From assembly GCA_964420295.1 (NCBI GenBank), contig CAYQST010000004.1, positions 100,804 to 164,803 of the forward strand: a stretch of 64,000 nucleotides of DNA, given 5' to 3'. Shown here in pieces: positions 48,411 through 57,972 of this stretch (positions are counted from its first letter, which is position 1; the number at the start of each line of letters is the position of its first letter). The stretch comes from an uncultured Chromatiales bacterium. GTDB taxonomy: Bacteria > Bacteroidota > Ignavibacteria > SZUA-365 > CAYQST01. Made by a program: the position numbers and the translations under genes. A model generated the notes under the pieces. The model searched no databases. It was not told where the DNA came from and saw only the letters and a program-made list of their open reading frames with translations.

Positions 48411-48529
48411 GGAAGCGCGGTTTCGGAGATGGCATTACCAGCCCCGAGTACTACGTGCCGAACCCATTTTTGCCGTATTTTACGCAGTCCCTTTCGGGAT
48501 CGAGTCTCACCCACAACGCCAACGCTGTC

Positions 48530-50539
48530 ATGGAACTGAAAAACCTCCTGTTTCTTCTCGTCCTTCTTCTGGCATTCGGCTTCTTCGGATATACCGTGAA
48601 GAAGATGCTGGGTCGCCTCCGTCTGGGAAAGCCCGAGAATCGCTTCGACCATTTCGACAAACGGGTCGGAAATGTGCTCTCGATTGCCTTCGGGCAAACG
48701 AAGATCTTGCGGGATCCTCTCGCGGGTCCCATCCATTTCGGCATTTTCTGGGGCTTTGTCGTCCTGTTGTCGGCGGTGGGCGAATCGATCGGGGAGGGAC
48801 TGTTTCATGGTTTTTCCCTTTCCTTTCTCGGGCCGCTGTATCCCGTGCTGGCCTGGGCGGCGGATCTGATGTGCGTACTCGTGCTTTTGGCGGTGCTGTT
48901 GTCTCTGCTCCGCCGCCATGTGCTGGGTCCGGCTCGGGTTCGGGATATCGATCCGCACTCTCAAAAAGATGCGACGCTGATCCTGTCGGCAATCGCCATC
49001 ATCATGATCACTATGCTCGTACAGAACGCCACGCGTATTTCCCTGGGCGAGGGGTTGCGGTATGCGCAGGACTGGAGGCCGGTGAGTCTCTGGCTTTCAG
49101 GCATGTTCGGTTCGGGTGGAGGCACCCGCGTCGTCTTCGAGGTGAGTTGGTGGATTCACATTCTCGTCGTGTTGGGCTTTCTCAACGCCCTGCCGTACTC
49201 GAAGCATTTTCATGTCCTCACCTCCATCCCCAACGTGTATTTCAGCAATCGGAGCATCCGTCCCGAGGGCGACGGTGCCCTGAAGCCTCTGGATCTGGAA
49301 GATGAGAACGCGGAAAAGTTCGGTGCCTCCGACGTACAGGATCTGACCTGGAAACAGCTCTTCGATAGTTATACCTGCACGGAATGCGGGCGCTGCACCT
49401 CGGTGTGTCCCGCCCATCACACCGGGAAACTGCTCTCTCCGAAAAAGATCATCACCGATACCCGCGCACGACTGACCGAGAAGGCGTTGGCGATCGAGAA
49501 GGGCGAGAGCGAGGGACCGGTGTTTGATCGGTCTCTGCTCCATACCTTCATCACTCCCCAGGAACTCTGGGCCTGCACCACCTGTCGCGCCTGCGTGCAG
49601 GAATGTCCGGTTATGATCGAGCATGTGGACGAAATCGTGGATCTGAGGCGGGAACTGGTTCTCACCGAAGGGGAATTTCCTGAACCGCTCCAGGTGCTCT
49701 ATCGCAACCTCGAGAATAATTTCGCACCCTGGCAGTTCAGTCCCGAAGACCGCGCCAAATGGGCCGATGGACTCGACATCCCTCTGCTTTCGGATCTCGG
49801 ATCGGCGGAGCAGGTGGACTTTCTTTTTTGGGTGGGATGCTCGGGTAGCTTCGATGCGCGCTATACGAAGGTGAGCGTGGCCCTGGCCACCATCCTGAAA
49901 AAAGCGGGGATTCGGTTCGCCATTCTCGGGCCCGAGGAAAAATGCAACGGCGATGCCGCCCGACGAACCGGAAACGAGTACCTGGCGCAGATGCTCATGC
50001 GCGAAAACATCGACACGCTCAACAATTACCATGTGACCCGAATCGTCACGGCCTGTCCCCATTGCTTCCATACACTCAAGCACGAATACCCCCAGTTTGG
50101 CGGCAAATATGAGGTCATTCATCACAGCGACCTCATTGCGCACTTGATCGAAGCGGGTGTGCTCCGTCCCGAGAATCCCGTGCCCGCCACCGTCACCTAT
50201 CATGATTCCTGTTATCTCGGTCGGTACAACGACGTGTACAACGCCCCGAGAACAGCCATCCAGCACATTCCCGGACTTTCCCTCATCGAGATGGCGCGAA
50301 ACAGGGATCGTGGATTCTGTTGTGGCGCCGGAGGAGGACAGATGTTCATGGAGGAAACCGAGGGCAAACGCGTCAATCTCGAACGGAGCGAAGAAGCCCT
50401 CGCCACCGGCGCCGAGGTGATCGCCTCCGCCTGTCCGTTCTGCATGACGATGATGGTGGACGGGGTGAAGGCCTGCGAAAAGCAGGATGAGGTGGTGGTG
50501 AAGGATATCGCCGAACTGGTGGTCGAGTCCCTGCGCTGA
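48530..50539 (+). CDS. membrane-bound HdrD/GlpC/DsrK-like Fe-S oxidoreductase fused to NarI-like di-heme b membrane domain
   Basis: Start MELKNLLFLL at 48530; 5-6 TM helices with His pairs (KHFHVLT); CTECGRCTSVCP and CTTCRACVQECP ferredoxin motifs; two CCG domains (VGCSGSFD..., DSCYLG...GFCCGAGGG). Confidence 0.8.
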   Translation: MELKNLLFLLVLLLAFGFFGYTVKKMLGRLRLGKPENRFDHFDKRVGNVLSIAFGQTKILRDPLAGPIHFGIFWGFVVLLSAVGESIGEGLFHGFSLSFLGPLYPVLAWAADLMCVLVLLAVLLSLLRRHVLGPARVRDIDPHSQKDATLILSAIAIIMITMLVQNATRISLGEGLRYAQDWRPVSLWLSGMFGSGGGTRVVFEVSWWIHILVVLGFLNALPYSKHFHVLTSIPNVYFSNRSIRPEGDGALKPLDLEDENAEKFGASDVQDLTWKQLFDSYTCTECGRCTSVCPAHHTGKLLSPKKIITDTRARLTEKALAIEKGESEGPVFDRSLLHTFITPQELWACTTCRACVQECPVMIEHVDEIVDLRRELVLTEGEFPEPLQVLYRNLENNFAPWQFSPEDRAKWADGLDIPLLSDLGSAEQVDFLFWVGCSGSFDARYTKVSVALATILKKAGIRFAILGPEEKCNGDAARRTGNEYLAQMLMRENIDTLNNYHVTRIVTACPHCFHTLKHEYPQFGGKYEVIHHSDLIAHLIEAGVLRPENPVPATVTYHDSCYLGRYNDVYNAPRTAIQHIPGLSLIEMARNRDRGFCCGAGGGQMFMEETEGKRVNLERSEEALATGAEVIASACPFCMTMMVDGVKACEKQDEVVVKDIAELVVESLR

Positions 50540-50684
50540 GAAGCGCGGGGTCCGCGCTCTGACCCGCGGAGGCGGGGCTCGAGGTCCTCACGTCACGATT
50601 CGGCATGGCGGGGATGGCGTACGGGCTTGCCAGGACCTCAGCGGTCCCGTATTTTCCCTCCAACACGAACAACGAGGTGCGCTG

Positions 50685-51080
50685 ATGGATCAGGAATTGA
50701 ACAAGCTCTTCGATGAGTACGATCTTCTCGAAACCGATGATGAGAAGAAGTACCACGACAATGCGCGCATCGTGTCCGAGCAGTTCGAGCGCAAGCTCTC
50801 GGCCTCCGGTCGCAAGGTGCGTTTCGCCCAGGATCTGATCGCCTTGTTTCGATATTTTCTCGATGCGCGCATCCCCTGGCAGAAGAAGACGCTGGTGGTT
50901 GCCGCATTACTGTACTTCATCCTTCCCCTCGACGCTTTTCCCGATCTGACCCCCATTCTCGGATATCTCGATGATTTTGGAGTCGTGATGGCGGTTACCT
51001 CCTTCATGGCGCGGGAACTGGCAGCCTATTATCCCGATGGGGAACCCGAACCCACCCCGGTACCCGCGACCGAAGAATGA
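50685..51080 (+). CDS. DUF1232/YkvA-family membrane protein
   Basis: ARIPWQKKTLVVAALLYFILPLDAFPDLTPILGYLDDFGVVMAV family motif. Confidence 0.6.
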   Translation: MDQELNKLFDEYDLLETDDEKKYHDNARIVSEQFERKLSASGRKVRFAQDLIALFRYFLDARIPWQKKTLVVAALLYFILPLDAFPDLTPILGYLDDFGVVMAVTSFMARELAAYYPDGEPEPTPVPATEE

Positions 51081-51142
51081 TCGCGCGGATGCCCTGAGTC
51101 GGGAAACACCCGCCGGGGCTGAGTCCGAACCAGGATAGCACC

Positions 51143-53857
51143 ATGATCGAAAGGGAGACCACCGCTTCGGCACCGACGCTTGAAGATGCCCGAGGCATTT
51201 TGCGCACGTTTTTTTCCTATGAGGATTTTCGTCCCGGCCAGGGAGAAATCATCGCCTCCATCCTGGCTGGTAGGGACACGGTGGCCGTCATGCCCACCGG
51301 GGGAGGGAAGTCCCTCTGTTACCAGGTGCCCGCCCTCATGCTCGAGGGACTCACCGTGGTGGTGTCTCCCCTGATCGCGCTCATGCAGGATCAGGTGGAC
51401 GCCCTGTCGCGGAGAGGCATCCCCGCCACGTATATCAACTCCCATTTGACCCATCGCGATGTGACGATTCGCATGGAACGCACTCGCTTCGGGGCCTATC
51501 GAATGCTCTATGTGGCGCCTGAGCGCTTCGAAAGCAGTCGGTTTGTGGATGCCCTCAAAGGCATTCCCATTTCCCTGCTGGCGGTGGATGAGGCGCACTG
51601 CGTCAGCGAGTGGGGACATGATTTTCGGCCCAGCTATCTGCGCCTCGCGGAAGCCCGGGAACAGCTCGGGCGGCCCGTGGTGGCGGCCCTGACCGCCACC
51701 GCAACCCCCGAAGTCCGACGCGATATCGTGCAGCAACTCGCGCTCACCGATCCCGTCGTGCTGGTGCGCGGGTTCGACCGCCCCAACCTGCGCTTTCGCG
51801 TGCTCACGGGTGTGAACAAAAAACAGGTGATTCTCGATCGCTGCGCACGGGGAGACAGTGGTGTGGTGTATGCCGGTTCCCGTGCCACGGTAGAGGAGCT
51901 GGCACGACTCACCCGCGAGGCGGGAATCGCATCGGCACCCTATCACGCCGGCCTCGGCGCCGACCAGAGGCGGGAGACGCAGGAACAGTTTCTTTCCGGC
52001 ACCCTTCCGGTGATCGTCGCTACCACGGCCTTCGGAATGGGCATCGACAAACCCAACGTGCGATTCGTGATCCATCACGATATGCCGCTGTCGATCGAGC
52101 AGTATTACCAGGAGGCTGGACGTGCGGGGCGGGATGGAGAACCTGCTGAGTGCATCGTGCTGTATCACGAGGCCGATCGGGGCTTTCCGGAACTGCTCAT
52201 TCGATCCACCTATCCCGACCGAGCCCTCGTGCAACAGGTGTATTCCTTCCTGCACAACGAGGCGGGTACCGTGGTCGGAAATTACACCGACCTCCTTCTT
52301 CCCCTGACGGCATCGAGCATCGCAAACCGCCTCCGTTCGGCCTCCGAAACCTCGGTGCGCAATGCCCTCGGCCTGCTCGAACATCATGGCTATCTGCGCC
52401 AGATCTCCACGGTGTATGCCCGTACCACCCTGCGCTTTCTCCTGCCTCCCGAACGCATGCGGGAATGGGTCACTGAAAGCACACGTCCTCTCCTGACACC
52501 CGTGGTCTTTGCCCTTTTACGAACAGTGGGAGGAGAAGCTTTTTTTTCGGAGGTCGACGTGGACATCGCGGACATCGCGGCCAAGTCCTTTCTCGATGAG
52601 GAAAGAATTCTCGATGGACTTCGCGAACTGGCCAAGGAACAGGTTGTCGCACTCCATCTCGAGCGTCCGAAAAGTGGCATCGTCCTTTCCGGCGTTCGCA
52701 TCCCTGCGGGCGATCTGGATATCGATTTTCGGGCGCAGGACAAACGACGCAAACGGCAGTTCCTCAAGCTCGATGCGCTGGAGCACTATCTCACGGCGTC
52801 GGAATGCCGACGGAATCTCCTTCTCGCGTATTTCAGCGAAGACGACATCAAGGGAACCTGCGGGATCTGCGATGTCTGTACGGGAGAATCTCATCCCACG
52901 AGGATGCGGGAGCAGCCCCTGCCCACGCGGGAGGATCGTCTCGTCATCCTCCATGCGGTGGCCGAGGTCAATGGGAAATTCGGACGGAGTCTCGTCGTGG
53001 ATATTCTGCGAGGAGCGAAGACGCGCCGTATCGTCGACTATGGCCTCACCGAATGCGCGATGTATGGACGGCTGGCTTCGCACTCAGGGGATCAGGTGAA
53101 ATCCTGGCTCGATGTGCTCGTGGTCGAGGGACTTTTACGTCGCTCCGATGGCGTGCATCCGACTCTGTTCGTGACTCAGGAGGGAGAGCAATTCCTGGGC
53201 CGCCCCGTGCTCCCACGATCCCTGCCCGCACGGGGCGCGGCACCCGAGGAGGCAGGGGTGGATGCCGTACTCCTCGAAGCCCTGCGCGCGGTGCGCCGCC
53301 GCGTGGCCCAGCACGGGGGACTCCCATCGTACGCGGTGATGACCGATGAGGTGCTGCGGGCACTCTGCCTGGCGAAACCACGGGATCGGGGGGCCTTTCT
53401 CGCCATCGAGGGTGTGGGTCCTGCGACCTTCCAAAAATGTGGTCGCGAGATGCTGGCCGCTATCACCGACCACGAAACCCAACGCCATCTCACCGTCGCG
53501 CTGGAGAAAGCCGGGGCCATCCTCGAGGAGATCAGTCCCACCGTGCGCGAAACCCTGGCCCTGGCCGAAGCGGGACTCGACCTCGCCTCGCTGGCCGAGC
53601 GGAGAGGGTTGTCCATCGGCACCGTGTCTCAGCATCTGGTGGATCTCATCGAACATGGCATTGCTCTGCCCCTCGACTCTCTCGTCCCTCCCGTTCATCA
53701 GCAGGAGATCCGCCGCGCGTCTCGGTCCCTGCACAGTCGAGACCTGAAGCGCATCAAGTCCGTCGTCGACCCCGCCATCACCTTTGCCGAGATCCGCCTC
53801 CTTCTGGCATGGATCGCGAAGGAATCCGCGAAGGGCGAACCGTCCGGCACGGAATGA
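51143..53857 (+). CDS. recQ: RecQ-family ATP-dependent DNA helicase (long form with insertion, Zn/RQC, HRDC and extra C-terminal HTH-like domain)
   Basis: FRPGQGEII, MPTGGGKSLCYQVPAL (motif I), DEAHCVSEWGHDFRPSY (DEAH), ATTAFGMGIDKPNVRFVIH, QEAGRAGRDG; CRRNLLLAYF...CGICDVC zinc module; HRDC-like SYAVMTDEVLRAL..IEGVGPATFQK. Confidence 0.85.
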   Translation: MIERETTASAPTLEDARGILRTFFSYEDFRPGQGEIIASILAGRDTVAVMPTGGGKSLCYQVPALMLEGLTVVVSPLIALMQDQVDALSRRGIPATYINSHLTHRDVTIRMERTRFGAYRMLYVAPERFESSRFVDALKGIPISLLAVDEAHCVSEWGHDFRPSYLRLAEAREQLGRPVVAALTATATPEVRRDIVQQLALTDPVVLVRGFDRPNLRFRVLTGVNKKQVILDRCARGDSGVVYAGSRATVEELARLTREAGIASAPYHAGLGADQRRETQEQFLSGTLPVIVATTAFGMGIDKPNVRFVIHHDMPLSIEQYYQEAGRAGRDGEPAECIVLYHEADRGFPELLIRSTYPDRALVQQVYSFLHNEAGTVVGNYTDLLLPLTASSIANRLRSASETSVRNALGLLEHHGYLRQISTVYARTTLRFLLPPERMREWVTESTRPLLTPVVFALLRTVGGEAFFSEVDVDIADIAAKSFLDEERILDGLRELAKEQVVALHLERPKSGIVLSGVRIPAGDLDIDFRAQDKRRKRQFLKLDALEHYLTASECRRNLLLAYFSEDDIKGTCGICDVCTGESHPTRMREQPLPTREDRLVILHAVAEVNGKFGRSLVVDILRGAKTRRIVDYGLTECAMYGRLASHSGDQVKSWLDVLVVEGLLRRSDGVHPTLFVTQEGEQFLGRPVLPRSLPARGAAPEEAGVDAVLLEALRAVRRRVAQHGGLPSYAVMTDEVLRALCLAKPRDRGAFLAIEGVGPATFQKCGREMLAAITDHETQRHLTVALEKAGAILEEISPTVRETLALAEAGLDLASLAERRGLSIGTVSQHLVDLIEHGIALPLDSLVPPVHQQEIRRASRSLHSRDLKRIKSVVDPAITFAEIRLLLAWIAKESAKGEPSGTE

Positions 53858-53934
53858 AATCCGTGCTTGCGTGTTGCCGTCCCGTACATGAAATTGTGGC
53901 ATTCATTTCCATCACTGCATCAGGAGCTCACCCC

Positions 53935-54285
53935 ATGCAAGACACCGTTACGATTCGTCGCATCCCACAGGGCGAGGCGATGATTCTGGTTGTGGAAGAG
54001 ACTCGTCTCGACGATCTCATCGCCCTGCCATTCAAGGAAGCGGTGGTGCGCGTTCTCGAGGACGGGCACGTGCGAATCGTCATGGATCTCGGCGCGGTGG
54101 AATTCATCGATAGTTCCGGACTCGGCGCGCTGGTCACCTGTCGAAAGATCCTGGGCGCTCGCGGTGAAATCGTTCTCACCGGAATTGCATCATCCGTCAC
54201 TCCCATTCTGACCATCACCAGAATGGATAAAGTGTTCCGCACGTTTCCCACCATCGAAGCCGCAGTCGCGGCGCTTCAGTCCTGA
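53935..54285 (+). CDS. STAS-domain anti-sigma-factor antagonist (SpoIIAA/RsbV-like)
   Basis: MDLGAVEFIDSSGLGALV phospho-Ser region motif; 116 aa. Confidence 0.8.
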   Translation: MQDTVTIRRIPQGEAMILVVEETRLDDLIALPFKEAVVRVLEDGHVRIVMDLGAVEFIDSSGLGALVTCRKILGARGEIVLTGIASSVTPILTITRMDKVFRTFPTIEAAVAALQS

Positions 54286-54297
54286 TAAGGAGGGAAT

Positions 54298-55491
54298 GTG
54301 AAAATTCTCGTTGCCGACGATGAAGAAATCAGCCGCCGCCTGCTGACTCGAATGCTGGAGTCGTGGGGACATGAGGTGGTCACGGCTGACGACGGGGAAG
54401 ATGCATGGCAACGCCTGCAGTCAGACGATATCCATTTCGTGGTCAGCGATTGGATCATGCCGAAAATCTCGGGTCCCGAGCTCTGCCGTCGTATTCGATC
54501 CATGGACATCGATCGCTACATCTACGTTATCCTCATCACGGGAAAGGGCGAGGAGGACGCGATGATTGAAGGACTCGACGCGGGAGCTGACGACTTCATG
54601 GCCAAGCCCCTGCGTCGAGCGGAGCTGAAGGTCCGACTACGTGCGGGAGAACGGGTTCTTGAACTCGAATCCCGGTTGCAGGCGCACAATCAGGAATTGA
54701 CCGCGATCAACGGACGTCTCTCCAAGGCCTATGCCGTGATTCGGAAGGATCTCGACGCCGCCGCCGCTCTCCAACGGAGCCTTCTGCCAGCCTCGGAGGG
54801 CCGTATCGGCACCCTGGCCTTCGACTGGATGTTCCTGCCCACGAGTTTTATCGCGGGCGATATCTTCAGCTTCTTTCGCATCGACACCCGTCATGTGGGC
54901 GTGTACATCCTCGATGTCGCCGGGCATGGACTCCCCGCCGCCCTTCTCTCGGTGTCCCTGAATCGCGTGCTCTCATCCCGCCTTTCCACCGCGATGCTCG
55001 GCGGATCCACGGACCTTCTCGATCCGGTGCGTCTTCTTTCCGAACTCAACCGTCAGTTCGTGCAGTCCGAAGACGCCATGCGCTACTTTACCATGGTGTA
55101 TGGAGTGATGGACATCGATAGTGGGCATCTGCGTCTCAGTTGCGCGGGTCACCCTTCTCCGCTTCTCATCCACGCCGATGGCTCCACGCATCAGTTTTCC
55201 GTGTCCGGGGTACCCGTGGGCATGATCGAGGATCCGCGTTACGAAGAAGAAGACGTTGTCGTTCCGCATGGCTCGCGTCTCGTGCTGTACTCGGATGGCA
55301 TTCCGGAAACCGAAGCCCCCGATGGTAGCTCCTTCTCGATCGACCGCCTTCGGGATCACTTTGTCGCCAATAGCCATCGACCCGTGAAATTCACGCTCGA
55401 CCATCTTCAGACGGCCCTTCATGCGTGGAGACAGGCGGACGACTTTGCCGACGACCTCTCCCTGATGGTCATGGAGCGACAGAAATACTAG
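54298..55491 (+). CDS. response-regulator receiver fused to PP2C (SpoIIE/RsbU-type) phosphatase
   Basis: GTG start after AAGGAGGG SD; MKILVADDEEISRRLL..VVSDWIMPKISG REC; C-terminal ILDVAGHGLPAAL...YSDG PP2C metal-binding motifs. Confidence 0.85.
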   Translation: MKILVADDEEISRRLLTRMLESWGHEVVTADDGEDAWQRLQSDDIHFVVSDWIMPKISGPELCRRIRSMDIDRYIYVILITGKGEEDAMIEGLDAGADDFMAKPLRRAELKVRLRAGERVLELESRLQAHNQELTAINGRLSKAYAVIRKDLDAAAALQRSLLPASEGRIGTLAFDWMFLPTSFIAGDIFSFFRIDTRHVGVYILDVAGHGLPAALLSVSLNRVLSSRLSTAMLGGSTDLLDPVRLLSELNRQFVQSEDAMRYFTMVYGVMDIDSGHLRLSCAGHPSPLLIHADGSTHQFSVSGVPVGMIEDPRYEEEDVVVPHGSRLVLYSDGIPETEAPDGSSFSIDRLRDHFVANSHRPVKFTLDHLQTALHAWRQADDFADDLSLMVMERQKY

Positions 55492-55519
55492 TCCCACCCG
55501 ATGATCTGCGGCCGCACTC

Positions 55520-56170
55520 CTAGCGAAAGGTGCGAGGGGCCTGACGGGCGCGTACTTCGAATGATGTACGGAATACAGCATCCCAGAGAGGCGAGCTGAC
55601 GCCAAAACCGTGATCCGGATCCTGAAAATGGTGACGGAGATGATGCTCGCGCAACCGCCCGAATATCGCGCCCTTGATGGGAAAGTGGTGCACGGCATAA
55701 TGCGTAATGTCGTAAAAGAGATAGCCCGTGAGGAATCCCGACATGAAGGCCAGAACAGGTGGAAAGCCGAGAGGGAGGGAAAACAGGAGGGTGAAGAGAA
55801 ACGCGAGAGGAAGGGAAACAGCAGGCACCATCACCAGACGCAGGGGATCACTGGGGTAATCGTGGTGTACCCCGTGAAAAGTCCAGTGGATCTTCTTCCC
55901 CCAATCCGATCGAGGGTGGTAGTGGAATACAAAGCGATGCAGAAGATACTCGGTGAGAGTCCAGGTGGCCACCCCTGCCAGAAAATACCCCAGCACCGAT
56001 TCGAAACGCATTCCGAGTCGATAGGCCTTCAGGATAAGAAGCGCGTTGAGCGGCAGGAATATCCAGAGAGGCACGGTCCAGTGCACGCGGGAAAAAAACT
56101 CGAGGAAGGCGGAATCGAACATCCGCGGGGTTTCTTTCTTGTTGGAAACGTAGTGCTTCATGTGACGCAT
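55520..56170 (-). CDS. fatty-acid hydroxylase superfamily di-iron membrane enzyme (CrtZ/sterol-desaturase-like)
   Basis: Histidine boxes HRFVFH, HGVHH, HYAVHHF, HHLRHHF; 4 TM. Confidence 0.7.
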   Translation of the reverse strand: MRHMKHYVSNKKETPRMFDSAFLEFFSRVHWTVPLWIFLPLNALLILKAYRLGMRFESVLGYFLAGVATWTLTEYLLHRFVFHYHPRSDWGKKIHWTFHGVHHDYPSDPLRLVMVPAVSLPLAFLFTLLFSLPLGFPPVLAFMSGFLTGYLFYDITHYAVHHFPIKGAIFGRLREHHLRHHFQDPDHGFGVSSPLWDAVFRTSFEVRARQAPRTFR

Positions 56171-56291
56171 CCTGATCTAACTGACTTCTGGTACTACACG
56201 AATCAGGGGTAAATGATTCCACCCGTCCTCCCGCCTCGATGGGATGGATGAATCCTGGAACGGTATATTGCACGGCATTTGGAGCCATCCC

Positions 56292-57095
56292 ATGACGATC
56301 CATCCCGTCTCTCGCCTCGACCTTCCCGAATTGGAACCCTACACCACGTTACGGGAAAACACCCGCCACTGGAGATCGGGCTTCTTTGTCGCCGAAGGGG
56401 AGAAAGTGGTGCTGCGCCTGCTGGAGAGCACGCTTCCCATCTTGTCGATGCTCCTGACTCCGGAGTGGCTCGCGGCGCTCGAACCCCAACTCCAACACGA
56501 ACGATACCACGAGACAGTGGTGTATCTCGCACCCCCGGACCTGATCGATACGATCGTCGGCGTGCGTATGCACAAGCGCCTGATGGCCATCGCTCCCCTG
56601 CCTCCCCATGCCGATCCCTGGAACGCTCCCCAGGGACCGCCTCCTCGCCTGCATGTGGTGGTCGAAGGCATCGCCGATGCCGAAAACATGGGCACCATCA
56701 TTCGAAACTGCGCGGCCTTCGGGGCCTCTACCCTCGTCGTGGGCCCGGATTCCTCCCCTCCCTTCCTGCGTCGCTCGGTACGAGTGTCCATGGGGACCAT
56801 CTTCTCTTTGCCAGTCCACGAATGCGATGATGTGGTGCGCTTTCTTCTTCATGCCCGGTCCCAGCCGGGATGGAAGGTGGTGGCTACCACTCCGCGAGGC
56901 GGAGACACCTCCATTCCGATGGATGGAGTGTCGGACCTCTGTCTCGTGTGTGGGAGTGAAGGGGAAGGGCTCACCGAGGAGGCCATGCAGGCCTGTCCGG
57001 AACGATTCTCGATCCCAATGCACCTGGGTGTCGACTCGCTGAATGTGGCCACCGCTCTCGCCGTCAGTCTTTACGAAATACGCCGTCACCTTTGA
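56292..57095 (+). CDS. TrmH/SpoU-family RNA 2'-O-methyltransferase
   Basis: VVEGIADAENMGTIIRNCAAFG, LVCGSEGEGL, NVATALAVSLYE SPOUT motifs. Confidence 0.75.
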   Translation: MTIHPVSRLDLPELEPYTTLRENTRHWRSGFFVAEGEKVVLRLLESTLPILSMLLTPEWLAALEPQLQHERYHETVVYLAPPDLIDTIVGVRMHKRLMAIAPLPPHADPWNAPQGPPPRLHVVVEGIADAENMGTIIRNCAAFGASTLVVGPDSSPPFLRRSVRVSMGTIFSLPVHECDDVVRFLLHARSQPGWKVVATTPRGGDTSIPMDGVSDLCLVCGSEGEGLTEEAMQACPERFSIPMHLGVDSLNVATALAVSLYEIRRHL

Positions 57096-57122
57096 GCGAC
57101 CATCCGAGGTCCGGTGTGGCGT

Positions 57123-57971
57123 TCACCGTTGCCCGAGAGGCAGGGTCGCCACTCGGCTCGCGTGGTTCATGGCGATCTCCACCGCCGATGGGATCTCATG
57201 GCCCTGCTCCATAAGGGAGGCCAACGCTCCCGACATGGCGTCTCCCGCGCCGATCGGGTTGACCACACGCAACGTGGGGGGATGCAGATGCAGGGACTCG
57301 GAGAAGGGGCCCGCGCCCCGCACCGGTCCCGGACCCGACGTGGTGACGATCCATCCTCCCATCTGTCGAGCCAGGTGTGCGAGGACGGGGGACAGAGCCT
57401 CTCCCGCATCGAAGGAAGCGCGCAATTCCTCCTCGGTGATCTTCAGCAGCGTGGGTCCCGACTCCACCACCCGGACCAGGGACAGGCCGTGACAGTCCAC
57501 CACCGAGGGAATGCCCCGGCGTTTTGCACGCAGCACCAGGGTGGCGTAGAGATCCTCGGGCAGTCCCGGAGGAAGACTCCCCGCGCAGATCAGCAGGGAG
57601 GCGGTCTCCACCGCTGTCAGACAGGCATCGATATACGAAGCGGCCTCTGCATCCGAAAGGGGAAAAGGTTCTTCCACCAATTCCGTGGCGATTCCCTCGT
57701 TGTCGAGAATGGTGATGCAGGAGCGAAGGGGTCCCGCAATGGGAACCGCGGTCCAGATCAATCGGTCGCTCTGTTCCGGATCCGGAACGAAGGGAAGTGG
57801 GAGAATGCACTGAACCGTGCTTCCCAGCGCGGCGGCAGCGCGCGCGGCATTGACGCCCTTCCCCGACAGACGGGTCTCGGTGTTCCTCGCACGAATCACG
57901 GATCCGGGTGTCCAGGGTCCGACGTGATAGATCCGCTTGGCGTCGGGTGATGGCGCGATGCAGGCGATCAT
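57123..57971 (-). CDS. PfkB-family sugar(-phosphate) kinase (1-phosphofructokinase/tagatose-6-P kinase-like)
   Basis: GKGVNAARAAAALG N-terminal motif; NPIGAGDAMSGALA C-terminal ATP motif; start at internal Met to avoid overlap. Confidence 0.7.
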   Translation of the reverse strand: MIACIAPSPDAKRIYHVGPWTPGSVIRARNTETRLSGKGVNAARAAAALGSTVQCILPLPFVPDPEQSDRLIWTAVPIAGPLRSCITILDNEGIATELVEEPFPLSDAEAASYIDACLTAVETASLLICAGSLPPGLPEDLYATLVLRAKRRGIPSVVDCHGLSLVRVVESGPTLLKITEEELRASFDAGEALSPVLAHLARQMGGWIVTTSGPGPVRGAGPFSESLHLHPPTLRVVNPIGAGDAMSGALASLMEQGHEIPSAVEIAMNHASRVATLPLGQR

Positions 57972-57972
57972 G

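Noticed and set aside
48146-48964. Full 272-aa minus-strand ORF as an intact gene
   Set aside because: Only its last ~88 aa look like a real domain (T9SS CTD). The N-terminal part is antisense to the Fe-S oxidoreductase start and is low-complexity basic. Retained only as a CTD remnant.
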